From assembly GCA_028534125.1 (NCBI GenBank), contig CM052818.1, positions 40,984,001 through 41,048,000 of the forward strand: 64,000 bases of DNA, given 5' to 3'. This document shows, piece after piece, positions 40,437 through 52,134 of this stretch; the first letter of the stretch is position 1; every line of letters begins with the position of its first letter. This DNA comes from Lama glama. Its lineage: Eukaryota. Below the pieces are notes generated by a model, which saw nothing but the letters and a program-made list of their open reading frames with translations, searched no databases and had not been told where the DNA came from. The translations under genes and the position numbers were made by a program.

Positions 40437-43173
40437 AACAAAAACACAGCAAGTCATCTGTGTTAGCACTGCAGTGAAGTAAGGCAACGGAGAAATCCAG
40501 AGAAAACATAAGGATCACGACAAGTCGCCTGACTTGCATGCTTTAAGTCAGCTGATAAGGGTATATAGAACATCTCTTTAACGTATTCACAGGCACCTTA
40601 TTATTAAAGTGTCAAACCGCTTTGAGGATTCTTCAGTAATGTGCTATTCCATTTCTGTTTCATTCATTAAGCAGCTTCTAAAGCACCCCCAAGATCCCAT
40701 GTGTGGAGTTCTCAATGAATGAAGCTGGAAGCAACTCAAACTATTTTGATTCACTTAAGAGAGCATAAGCTATCTTTAGAAACAAACTGTAAATGAGAAA
40801 TCCAGTGTTATGGTCCCTTCACCGTGTGCACACGGTCAAATAATTCCATAGTTCAAGAGACCCATGATCTAAATAAATGGTGTACGTATCTACCATAATC
40901 TAGGTTTACATTCCCTCTTTGACATATGGATATCAATTCTCATAAATATACAAAAATAATTTATATTTTTACCCAAGAGATAAAATGGAGTATACTCTGT
41001 AAGTGGATTAAAAAGCATGCTGAAAGGTATTAATATAGTGCTTTTATATCTTTACTGAAAATAAACTGTAAGATAAACTTTAGTCCTTTTTCTTTTAGTA
41101 ATGTAAAGATATTTAAAGCAGTGTTAACTGTGCACATGCTTTTAGTAGAAATTATTTAATTTCTTAACATAATTAACAAGGTACATATAACTAATTCTTA
41201 TTAGAACAAATCTCTGAGAAATATTAGAGTATCTAATATAAAATATAAAAGACATTGTAGTGGTACTGTGGAAATATGAAAAAGATCATTAAAATTTCTG
41301 CCTTTGTGAAATGTGCTTTTACGTCGTAGGTATGTCCTTAAGATAAAAATGTTCCTTACTACACTTTGTTTTTTATGTACTGAAGGGATGAATTAGGTAA
41401 TTTATATGGATCCCATTCAGTACATATACTCTATTATGTGAATAAACCACTAGGATAGCAGAAATATCAATTGTTTATTAATTTATCTCAAAAATAAAAC
41501 AAAATACAATAAAATAATAAAATAAAAAAGTTGTCTCTATGCCATTTGATACGTTAGAAAATTAATTTATTTCTGTCTACTAAATGTAACTGAGATACAC
41601 ATTGTCAATTTCAATCTTAGATTAAATGAATTTGACCCCTTCTGTAAGAAGAAACTCCCTGTCTTCCTAAATAATCACTAATCATAGGAGTATAAAAATC
41701 ACTCATACAAAGAAAAAGACCTTTAGAACGACATTAAACATATTTTGCTCTTGTGAATTAGGAAACCACACATTTGGTATTGATACTATACCGTCATTCT
41801 ATGAAAAGTCCCCAGGGAACTCCTCAGCAATGTTTGGGAATGCATACCTATACACAACCCAAACAGAAAACCTACAGCTTGCCCAGGACAACAATTCTAA
41901 TCATGCTATCTTATTACAGAATGAGATTCAAAGCACAGCAAATCAAGGCAGGATATTTAGCAGCTACCAGTCTCTGATGTCTGCAGAAGCTATGTGGTGT
42001 TCAGAACAGCTTGGACATGCCTGTTTTCAGAATGGGGTAGCAAGACCAAGTGTCATCTGACCCAAGAGCATTTGTTAGGGACAAACTCTGTCCAAGACAG
42101 AGCTCATCCCAACTCGGTAAAGGTTTACCATGAGGGGAGTGGTTAAATAATTGTTAATTGGGGAATGTGTTGAGAAGCTCACCACCTTGCTTCCTTGGCT
42201 TCCTTAAGAATTTCCAAGGGCATTTAGCTAATCTTTCAAATGAGGAAGAAACTCAGATCCTGTCTTTCTCAAGCTCCCCCCAAGGCCTCAGCTTTTTCAG
42301 GTTAGAATTCCTGGCATTTCCCCCAAAGGGACCCTGGTGGTGGTCTGGTCTCTTTTTGAGTGCCTAGGAGATTATACTTTTGAGGAAGAAACAGGAATGC
42401 CTGCATTATCTTTAAAAGGCCTAGAGCTTTATTGCATAGACATTCAGGAAATTTTTATGGGTGAAAGGGAGAAAATGAGGGAGAAATAGAGAAAGCAAAT
42501 GAATGGAAAAGAGAAAAACAAAAAAAAGGAAAGAAAGAGAAGGGCGAATTAGGACGGTATTTTTGCCTGTTTTGTTGTCCCTGTCCAGCAAGATGGAGCT
42601 TTGAAAGAGCCAAAGATTTTAAAAAGCAGCTGCTCTGCTCTCTTCTTTAGTGCCTGCTTCTAAAGAAGCAGGTTGAATCAATCAAGCATCTTCTTTCAGT
42701 CTTCCTGCCCAACCCTCAATCCCCTTCTCTGCAGGTGGCTTCATCTGGAGGATTTCCATCAAGACTGGAGACAGTTGAGCACCTTGGATTTGGGTTCTGC
42801 CTTCTAGGAGCCAGAGGAGAGCTGGCAGAGCCCACTGTGTGTTTACACTGCAGCTTCCTCACTGCACCCCGTCCCAGCGCCTGCAGCTGCAGCAGTTCTG
42901 GAGGAGATGAGACAGGTAGAAAAGAGGGGAAGATGCCTGCAGTGTCTCAGAAGGCTGGATTCCCTGGAGGATTCTGGGGAATAAAGCAGAGAGCGGACGG
43001 AGATGGGCAGGGACAGTTTTCAAACAGGATCTGAAGATTCAGACTGGCTTGCCAGTTCTCCCCAAAAACTCCAAGGATTGCAAAGAAATTGACTGAGGTG
43101 TCAGAAGGGCCAGGCTAAACATCTAAATGAGGTGGGTATATCAGATGTGAGGGGCGACAGAAAGAGACCTCAC

Positions 43174-43235
43174 AAAAAAAAAAAAAAAAAAAGAAAGAGA
43201 GAAAGACAGAGACAGAGACAGAGACAGAGAAGAGA
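43174..43235. repeat. Poly-A followed by (GAGACA)n
   Basis: A run, then GAGACA hexamer repeats. Confidence 0.85.
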
Positions 43236-45358
43236 TACGGGATGGTGTGAAAAGGACCCCTTGGGACTCTCTGAAAAGATGTGCTAGGGAACAGGCAATT
43301 ATTTTGAAGACTTCAGCAATGTTACTGAGGATGCTAAAAGTGCAGAGGAGGGGAACATTTCTACTCAACATTATTTTTTAATTCTTTATTTCATAGACTT
43401 GAAGTTGATTGACTTTCTCGTAGCTCCATGGCTCCAGGCCTCAATTTCCTCATCTGGGAAACAAGGGGTTTGGGTTAGACGCTTTGGAATGGGACCGTCT
43501 ATAACTGTCAGCCTATAAACCAGGGTATCTAAGAGCAAACGTCTATGAGCTTTCATACCAGGTTTCCCCTTCTTGCTCCACCACCTATTTATCAATGCAG
43601 TGCAACACCTGCACCTTTCAGGGAGCTGATTCCAACTCTCAGTGATGACACGGAGTATGGCTCAGTTATGACAAATGATTGGTGCCCCTGCCCTGGAGTA
43701 AAGAGGGGAGGAAAAGGGAAATGGTATGATTTACACTTTGGGTTTCCAAGGACAATATATTCTCGAATTTTCTATGTCACATTTCATCCACTTAAATAAA
43801 TTAAAAATTCCTTCAGAGGGTTCCATACAGTTGGACTGACTAAAGGGCCAAAAAAGTCCTGTAATGATCTGTCCTATTTGGGGTAAAATTTATTTCATTT
43901 CATGCCAGAAACTGGATCTGCTTTTTTCCATGGAAACCCAGCACACACTGGCCACGCTCCTCTCTTGTCCGCCTGTCTCATGCCATTCTGCCAGTCGGCT
44001 TCAGTGCAGCGTTTTTCTGGGGTTATTAGCACCCAAGCTTAATGAGAGTGTACTCATGAGTGAGGTGTTCAGTGATGCAGGACCCCCTCCTCCCCCCTCC
44101 AACGACAACAAACGCACGTAGGCAGTTTAAATGGTAGTGAGGGTAAAATGGGTTTTTCCAAGAGTTTCATTTTTTATTTGTCTCAATGTGAAATTCCTTT
44201 AAATTAAAAAAAAATTAATATGTAGAAATACAACTCCCTTGCTCCTCTTGTCTTCAAGTGGGATGTAATACACAGACAGTATACATATGTTCTTTCTACA
44301 CCCACTAGCATTTCCATTTCAATTCAGTCTCCAAAATATGGACAGGAGGGTAACTCTAGAAAAATGGATTCCCACTCTGGCATCTCACAGGGCACCGATC
44401 GATCGGGCAGTGCTGAGCACTCACACGGAGCATCACCGTTTCCTGCCCCCTCCCCCAATTCACCAGCGCCCCTGATTTCCACAAGGGGTTTGACCTTGCA
44501 AAGACCCTGCTTCCCTTTCTTAACTCAAAACACAAAAAGACCTTTTCTCCTTTCAAGAAACACTACCAAAGGTAAAACATCTAGGTTTACATTTTTCAAC
44601 CCTGCATTCAAGAATTCGAATACGGGATGAAAAAGCAGGTAACTAGTTTGGGTCTGACGGTCTCCATTCGGCGGCTCTGAATCTCAGACTGTTCAAAATA
44701 GACGGCTGACCGGGCGGTTGAACATCTTTCCTTTTTCTGCCCACTCACCATCGTGACGAAAAATTAAAGCCGAAAAATTATCTACCCATTCTAAATACTA
44801 ACGGAGAAATGTACTTATTTTGCGCCTAGCTCTGTGGTTCTAGACACTGGCATCCCACTTGGAAACCAACCCTGGTTTCCACACCATCTCGTCCACTCAG
44901 TTTTACTTAGCAAACACGTTCGCTGCTCTTCCACGGTGAGAAAAATGGTGCACCAGCCCCACGGATGACAGGTTGGTACTTGACTGCGACTTTCAATAGT
45001 TTTATCAGCAACCAGAAAACTTCCCAATCGGTCAATTAGCGACTTAAATCTGTGTAAGGAAATCTTCCTATTTATAGACAAACTTTAAAAAGCACCTCTG
45101 TTTCACCTACCTTAAATCTAGCCTGAGACAATCCCCCAAACACGCCGCATATTAACACTCCCCTTCCCCCATGATTCCAAAAGGTCCCCCATGGACTAAC
45201 AGCACGTTCAGATCACCAGCATTAACCAAAGCAATAGGCAGCATGCATTTAGATGTATCTATGCAAAGCGAAGTATGTGACAATAGTCAAAGCATCTCCC
45301 AGACAACTGGCTGCACTACATATGCAGAAATGCAACGAAGATTGTATTTTCCACTTAC

Positions 45359-45640
45359 AGTTATAGCGCTGCGCCCGGTCACTTAACGAAAACGATAAAA
45401 CTCAATAGTTCTTTATAAGTAAATATATGTATGTATATATTCAATTCAGATAAACTGTTAAGCCGTCTCTCTGTGTGGTCCTCTCGCGTTTTTTTTTCCC
45501 TCTGGAGCTCTAGGCTGCTTAAATCTCTCTTGGATAGCGCCTTGCAAGCCCAGCAGCCGCCGCTACACGCTCCGGTAAGTCTCTGCTGCAGATTGGGAAT
45601 CCCATAGAAAATCTAGGGTCCCTGGAGCTGGATGCGCAGG
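45359..45640 (-). other. VSNL1: VSNL1 non-coding exon 1 (5' UTR); TSS approximate
   Basis: Ends GCGCAGCGCTATAACT|GTAAGT, a consensus donor. Lies at the edge of a CpG-rich promoter and resembles my recollection of the mammalian VSNL1 5' UTR (joining ...AACT to GCAG-ATG). 5' end not determinable from sequence. Confidence 0.85.
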
Positions 45641-45800
45641 CGCGCGAGCCGCCGCCTCTCCAGGCACCCCCTCCCCTTCCCCTTCCTCCCTCCTCCTCCC
45701 GCTCCGCAGCCCCAGCTTGGAGAGCTCGGGAGCGGGTGACCAAAAGCAGCCAGGCATTGACGCATGCTCAGTTGGAGGGGCTCGGAGTTTCCGCAGGTGG
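45630..45800 (-). promoter_or_regulatory. VSNL1: VSNL1 proximal GC-rich promoter, no obvious TATA box
   Basis: NRF-1-type TGCGCAGGCGCG at 45633-45644, GGA/GGG purine tract at about 45666-45705 (Sp/KLF-type), CRE half-site TGACG at 45758-45762. Confidence 0.75.
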
Positions 45801-46949
45801 ATTCCATGTCTCCAGATTTTAGCAGAAACTCAAAAGGAAAGTAGATTTGAAAAGGGAGCCTGGCCAAAGGAGCAACCTGCACCTGGACAGGCAGAGCGAG
45901 TTGGTCTCACCACGCCCCGCGGTTGCCCAGCGTGGTGGTGAAGGCTGAGGTCAGAGATGGGACACGTGGAACCTGCTTTTCCCGCTGCCCTCAGCCCTAG
46001 AGGCCCCCGCCCATCCTTTGTCAGGCTATAAGGTGAAGGATAAAACTGTAGAAATCCCTTTCTCCGAAGGAAGCGTTCCCAGCTAGCTGTCAGCGCGTCT
46101 CCCCGGCTCCCTGCGATGATATCCTTACGGTGGGCACTCTGCGTGGGCCGTTTCTTCTGAGGATCTTATACTAGGAGTACTGGGAGCCAGGCCTTGTAGT
46201 ACTCCAGTACTCAGGAGGGTCCTGGTCCACACGCATTGGAGAAATGTGCGTTGAAGGGAGCTGGTCTGAAGCTTCTTGCCCTGGGTGACCTTGGACGAAT
46301 CGCGCTAACCATCAATAAACGTTTAATAAGCGCCTTCTTTATGCACTTAATAAAGGTTTATTGAATATGCTGGGGGGGGGCAGTGAAGGAGAGGGAATGA
46401 ACCAACCTTGGAATCCTGGGTAGAGGTCTTGGACCAAGCCATCTTATAAAGCCCCCTTTTGTGTCCTTGAAGTGCGCATACGTTTGCCAGCCCTCCCCCG
46501 ATTCCAACTGTACTTGCCAAAGCCTAGAAGACTTGGCAAGGAATAGTGCCCAGCCAATGTTTGGGCGCCTCCCTACCAGGAAAGCAATGAGAATTCCCAC
46601 ATGTTCCCAACATGATCAATTTCCTCAAGTGTGTTGTTTGTATATTCATTTAACAGTTATTCATTGACCGTCTGCCCATTGACTTTAGACACTTTAAATG
46701 CTTTGAGGATAAAGGCAGTGAACAAAATCCCTCTTGAGATTTATATTCAGGTGGAATTTTATTTTCAAGAGAGGGAAATTCAGAAGGCGCAGTGGAGACG
46801 GAAGTTCTCTTTAAGCAGAGCTTTACAATTTGCCAAGTGCCTTCAAACACCTCATTACGTCCAGGAAAAACAGTTAACCCTTAGGTTCTGAGGACACCAA
46901 GAGTATCTCCCTGGGCAAAAGGGCTCCATCTCCGCTGCTAGGAGACAGC

Positions 46950-47430
46950 TTACCCCTGGCTGTTGGGGTGGGGGTGGAGGGAGTTGTCCAGCTTGGAAGA
47001 AGCTGAGACTACGTATGCCATGACCGAAAAAAGCTCCGCCCGAGGAGTCTCTGGCTTTGGAAGGCTTATACTAGGTGAGGGCCTCTGGCAGTGACGCCTA
47101 AGCCGCTGCCTCACGGTCAGAGCCATCCTGGCCGGCCCACAGCCCAGGAATGCGCTTCCTTGGGCCAGACGCCTCGGGCAGGTGGCGCTGAGCTGAAGAG
47201 CGCTCTCGGGACTCCCGGGATAGAGCTCGCCCGGGTGCCCTCCCGGCGGGGCTCTTCTGCGCGGTGCTGGTGACCGCGGAAACCCGGAGCGTGGAGTGGC
47301 GCGGAGCAGGGCACGCGGCCCCGGCGCGCTGCCGCAACTCAGCAGGTTCCGAATCTGGCGGGCGCCGGCCCTGCGCTCCCCGCCCGCAGTGCGCACTGCG
47401 CAGCCGGGCTCGCTCGGCCCAGTCGCTGTT
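46950..47430. promoter_or_regulatory. CpG island, candidate alternative VSNL1 promoter or first exon
   Basis: Highest CpG and GC density in the window, with GC boxes (GGCGGG, CCCGCCC) and a minus-strand donor CAGGG|GTAAGC (exon end 46954). Confidence 0.65.
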
Positions 47431-50400
47431 TCTCTGGATAGGGTGGGGGCAAAAGTCAGTCAGTTCTAGATAAGTCGCTTTGGTTGGCCATGGAGACAGT
47501 CTCCTAGCTTTCAAAGTAATTTCCCGTCTTTGTCCACTCCCCCTACTGAAGCATTTTGCGCCGGCTCTCTGCTTTTTCTTTAGAACAGCCTCCGCACTGC
47601 AATCTGCATCAACCGAAGGGGTCACGGTGCCATTTTTCCGCTTCGAAGATATGTTCCTATTTATTGCGCCCCAGAGGCCACCTTCGTGGCAGTATTAGGT
47701 GTTAGATAACTTACTGACAACTTGTGTTTAGGAAAAAGGAACACTGATACTTTAAGCCGCGTTCTGCTGTAGGGGAGATTTGATTCCGTTGCGTGCTTTT
47801 TTGTGAAGCAGCTTTGTCTAATTGGGCAAGCAGATTGTTGTTTGTCGTTTCCACTGAAGCTTTGTTTGGCGTCCTTACTGCGATAATTTATGTTTTTAAT
47901 CTCTAGTTATTGTTCAGCCTTATCTTTTTGAGCTCTAGTATTTGTTGTTAATTTTTGTGCGTGTGTAGATGCCTTTTATACATGCAGCATGAAGTCACAG
48001 TAGGGAAGCCGACCCTAAAAACACCGAAGGGATATTATCATTTCAATTACAGAAGGCAGTTCCCCTCTATAAGATGGTGGAGTGAACTTTAAAAGAGCGC
48101 GGTAGGGACGCTAAAAATGAGAGAGCCCTGTGTTTCTTTCCCTTTTCAGTCATTTGCAGATGTCCCTGGTGATCACAGGAGAGCAGAGGTGGGCTGCCTT
48201 GGGGTAGAGGGACTGGCATAGCGCACCGTGTTCAGCGAAGAGTGCCATCACCTGTAGCAATGGTCCCATTAAAGCCACGGCTCCAACGCTGCAGCCCACC
48301 CGCAGTGCCCTCTTTCAAACCCTGGAGATTTGGGAGTGGAGGGTGGGGGAGAGGGGGTAAGTCCGGGCCTGGGAAGGGGAGGAGAAGAAGGCGCTGTAGG
48401 GAGAGGGTGGCTGGTTTTTTCTGGAGTACCTGGTAGAATCCTCAATTGCCCAGAAACAACTGAGAAGCCATTTTCCTTTCCTCAGCTGCAAATTATATTC
48501 TTCTCTGAAGTAGCCTTACGTCCACCTTACTCCTTCCTGGATTCAAACAAACAAAACCAGGAACAACTTTTCAGATATACACAGCTTCAGGTAATTTTCC
48601 ATCCACTTTACTTGTGGCATAGACAAGTTCAAAACTGAAAATGATAGTTAAAAGTGCAAAATGCCAGCGCTGTAATAGGCCTAAGCTTGTGGCCTTGTGA
48701 GCTCATGTTAATATTGTTTATTGGACATGCTGTGTATAAAGTATACAAGCCAAGAAGGGTGGAACTTAAGGCATGGGGGCATTTAGGAAATTGGAAGAAA
48801 AATTAAGTGCTGGAAAAACACCATTAGAAGATGAAAAGAGACAGGAATTGGGAAAATGGGTTTATACTCATTTGAATTCATAAAGAGTAGTGATAGCAAT
48901 TTTCTTGTATGGGTAAAGTGCTTTTATTTCAAAAAGCTAAGGATATTAATCCTTACAGAGGAGAGGCATTATATAAGATAATTATGTTTATCCTAATTTT
49001 TATTCCTGTTTTAAAAAATATATATGGAAGAGCAACAAAATAAAATAATGTCCCTAAAGACAAACAGGAGGTTATCACCTAGAATAGGACTGTACAGCAG
49101 TTATTCTGACATAGTGTTCCTTTGAATATGTTTGTTCTCCTTCTAAATGTTTTTTTTTTCTAGAATAAGTGGAAAATGCAAGACTATGAAGGAGTGATTC
49201 TCATACTCTTAGAGGGAGCGTTCCATGCCTCTTTATACAGAAGAGGGCTTAAAAGTCCTAGTTTTAATGAACTCGGTTGATCATTTCACCCAGTCCACTC
49301 CTGACTTATCTCTGTAATCCGTGATTGAATCTGAAGTCAGTTTGAAAGATCATTCTTTGCTGTGTCACCAATTTCCCTTAAAATCTGAATGATCCATGTT
49401 AAAAGTTTGTCCCTGCTGCATAAATGATTGTCAAAGTTTTGACTTTCCAGAAGTTTCTTGGGGTCTCAGAAATAATCATAGCAAATGCAGGTGGTCTACA
49501 GCCTTAAGAATAGAAAACGCTTTATTCAATCCTCTGCTCTACATTTGGGCCTAACCTATAGATTCACAGCAATGCTCTAAAATGGGAAATTTTCACCACG
49601 ATTGTTAGTGGCAACACAAAAGAAATGATTATAAAATTGGACTATATATAATCCCTATTTTTTTTTGATGACTTTTTAGGTAGTCCTTTTTGCTAGACTG
49701 TACTCTTTTCTGTTGTGTGACTAGCCACTGCAAATATAATCTATAATCATGGATTCATATTGTGGAACTTCTGGATTTTGGAGACCCTCTGATCCTGAAG
49801 GGTCTTCAAAAGCCCTTCTTGCCTAAAGCAGATCTTAATGACTTGTTTCTCCCTTCAATCTCTACTTTTCTTACTGTAGTTCCTTTGAATTTTTACGTGA
49901 ACTGAATGAAGAATCTTAGCATAAAATTAAGGGGAAAAATGAAAATAATGAATTCTGTACCCCCTCTGAGACAACCAACACAAACAAACCCATATCCTTT
50001 CCCAAAAGATTTTTACAATGGGGCTTACATTTTTATCTACTGCTTGAAGAGGGAAAGAAACAGTTGACTCCCTCAGTTTTTAGTGTTCTCATCACGTTCC
50101 TCCTTTAAAGTTCATGTTACCTTTCTACGGAGGTTCGAGAAGAGTGATCATTGATGATCTTTGCTTTTTTCCAGAATGTAGGTTTGGTACCTGTACCATA
50201 ATCTCTTTGAGGGTGGATTGTACTGAATTTTTAAAAAAGAAAATGCTTGAGTAATCAATGGTGGTGTATAGTAGTGGATGTAGATGGAATTTCTTTTGAT
50301 CTCATTCATTATTCATTTATCAGGCACCTACTGAGTACCTACTTTGTGTCAGGCAGTGTACTGAGCACTTTATATTGCAGCATTCTATTTAATAACAACC

Positions 50401-50702
50401 CTATTTACACAAGAGATAGATTATAACTCATTTTACAGATGAGGAAGAAACGGAAGCACCTCGTATATTAGTAATAGCTCCAGGTACTTTCTTCAGTTGG
50501 CCTCCTTCTTCACCCCATTCCAATTAATATGATTCTCTCTCTATAAATTACTTTTTAAAATCCACTTAATATACTTATGCAAGATAAATGTTGTAAATAC
50601 CGTGATTATCTTATTTTTCTTCATTAGTCTCCCATTTCCTCCAGAGAAAACTTCAGACCCTAAGGTTTGTATTCAAAATCTCTTAATACATTTTGTATGT
50701 TT

Positions 50703-51046
50703 CTTTTTTAACTTTTTTTTTTAATTGAAGTACAGTCAGTTTACAATGTTGTGTCAATTTCTGTTGTACAGCATAGTTCAGTCATATTTATTTGTTTTCA
50801 TATTCTTTTTCAATATAGGTTACTGCAAAATATTGAATATAGTTCCCTGTGCTATACAGTATAAACCTGTTGTTTATCTGTTTTATATATAGTAGTTAGT
50901 ATCTGTAAATCTCAGATTCCCAATTTATCCCTTCCCCACTGGTAACCATAAGTTTGTTTTCTACGTCTGTGGGTCTGTTTCTGTTTTATAAATAAGTTCA
51001 TTTGTCTTTTTTTTAGATTCCACATATAAGTGATATCATATGGTAT
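50703..51046 (-). mobile_element. Young 5'-truncated L1 3' end
   Basis: Same L1 3' sequence as 11130-11760. Perfect 14-bp TSD CATTTTGTATGTTT at 50689-50702 and 51047-51060. Confidence 0.9.
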
Positions 51047-51693
51047 CATTTTGTATGTTTTTTCAGCTTTAGCACTTCTGCCTTTAGTTCTAGAGGCCAC
51101 TTCTTCCATCTTTTCTGAAGATGCAAAATAACTATCTTCTAAAATTTTCTTCAGTTTGTTATTTTTTAGAAATAAATTTTTCCCATGAGTTTTGGAGCAG
51201 TGCCCTCTTTCCTGGCTTTGCATTTTCAATGCATAGGTACAATATTGTTTTGCTGTTTATCCCTACTTGGAGAGCCCTATTTGGTCCATAATTTTCCAAC
51301 AGTATTTAGTTTGTATTTTCTTTATATCCTCTCATTGCTTACTTGGGTACTGGTAACTTCTCTCAGACCCAGCTTTAAAGAGCAGGTAGATATGCCTAGC
51401 CATTAGTTCAGTTGACTATAGACTGTGACAATAACTAGTTGTATAACTATAAAACTATAACTAGTACATCGTATCTAACATGATGAACTCTGAATCCACA
51501 GGACATGCATGTCAGTATTGCGAAATTCATTAGATTTGAGAGGATAGTAATGACTTCAAATTGAAAATCCTTTTTAATAATACATAAAATGTTGAAATGT
51601 TTTTTTTAATCTATAAGACAAAGGTAAGTTAACTCAGGATAGAAAAAAAAAAAGATTTCTTAACTATCTCCCATTACCATTTAGGTAAGAAGA

Positions 51694-52134
51694 TGTACTA
51701 GGTTAAACAGTATCCCCTCAAAATTCACATCCATCCAGAATCTCAGATTGTGACCTTATTTGGAAATAGGTTCTTTGTAGGTAAAGATGAGGTTATAATA
51801 GATTAGAGTGAGTCCTAAATTGAAAATAACTAGTGTCTTTATAAGAAGAGCAAAGACACAGAGACAGAGAGACACAGCGAGAATACCAGGTGACTGTGGG
51901 GACAGAGATTGTAGTTATGCGCAAGCCAAAACATGGCATGGATTTTCAGCAACCACTGGAAGGTAGAAGACAACCCTGGAGCGGATTCTTCCTCAGAGCC
52001 TCCAGAAGGAACCAAGCCTAGTGACACCTTGATTTCAGACTTCTGTCTCCAAAACTGTGGAAGAATAAGTTTTTGTTGTTTTAAGCTACCCATTCTGTGG
52101 TGTCTTGTTACAGCAGCACGAGACAATTAATAGA
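51694..52134 (+). mobile_element. MaLR solo LTR (MLT1B/C-like)
   Basis: TGTACTAGGTTAAACAGTATCCCCTCAAAATTCAC start, GTGACCTTATTTGGAAATAGG, CCTCAGAGCCTCCAGAAGGAACC, AGAATAAGTTTTTGTTGTTTTAAGC end. Confidence 0.88.

Larger units (their letters stand above)
4417..45358 (-). other. VSNL1: VSNL1 intron 1 (about 40.9 kb)
   Basis: GT donor at 45358 (ACT|GTAAGT) and AG acceptor at 4417. No credible coding exon recognised in between. Confidence 0.85.

Noticed and set aside
44395..44420. Adjacent palindromes CCGATCGATCGG and GTGCTGAGCAC
   Set aside because: Short enough to occur by chance, and I cannot assign a factor.
46174..46212. GAGTACT-based inverted repeats
   Set aside because: Short, built on a self-palindromic hexamer, with no other support.
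47249..47272. RE1/NRSE-like CAGCACCGCGCAGAAGAGCC on the minus strand (half-site also near 6871)
   Set aside because: Left half matches, but the GGACAG right half does not at canonical spacing.
47098..47625. Long ORFs across the CpG island (175 aa and others)
   Set aside because: Expected from stop-codon scarcity in GC-rich DNA; Arg/Ala/Pro-rich with no domain resemblance.
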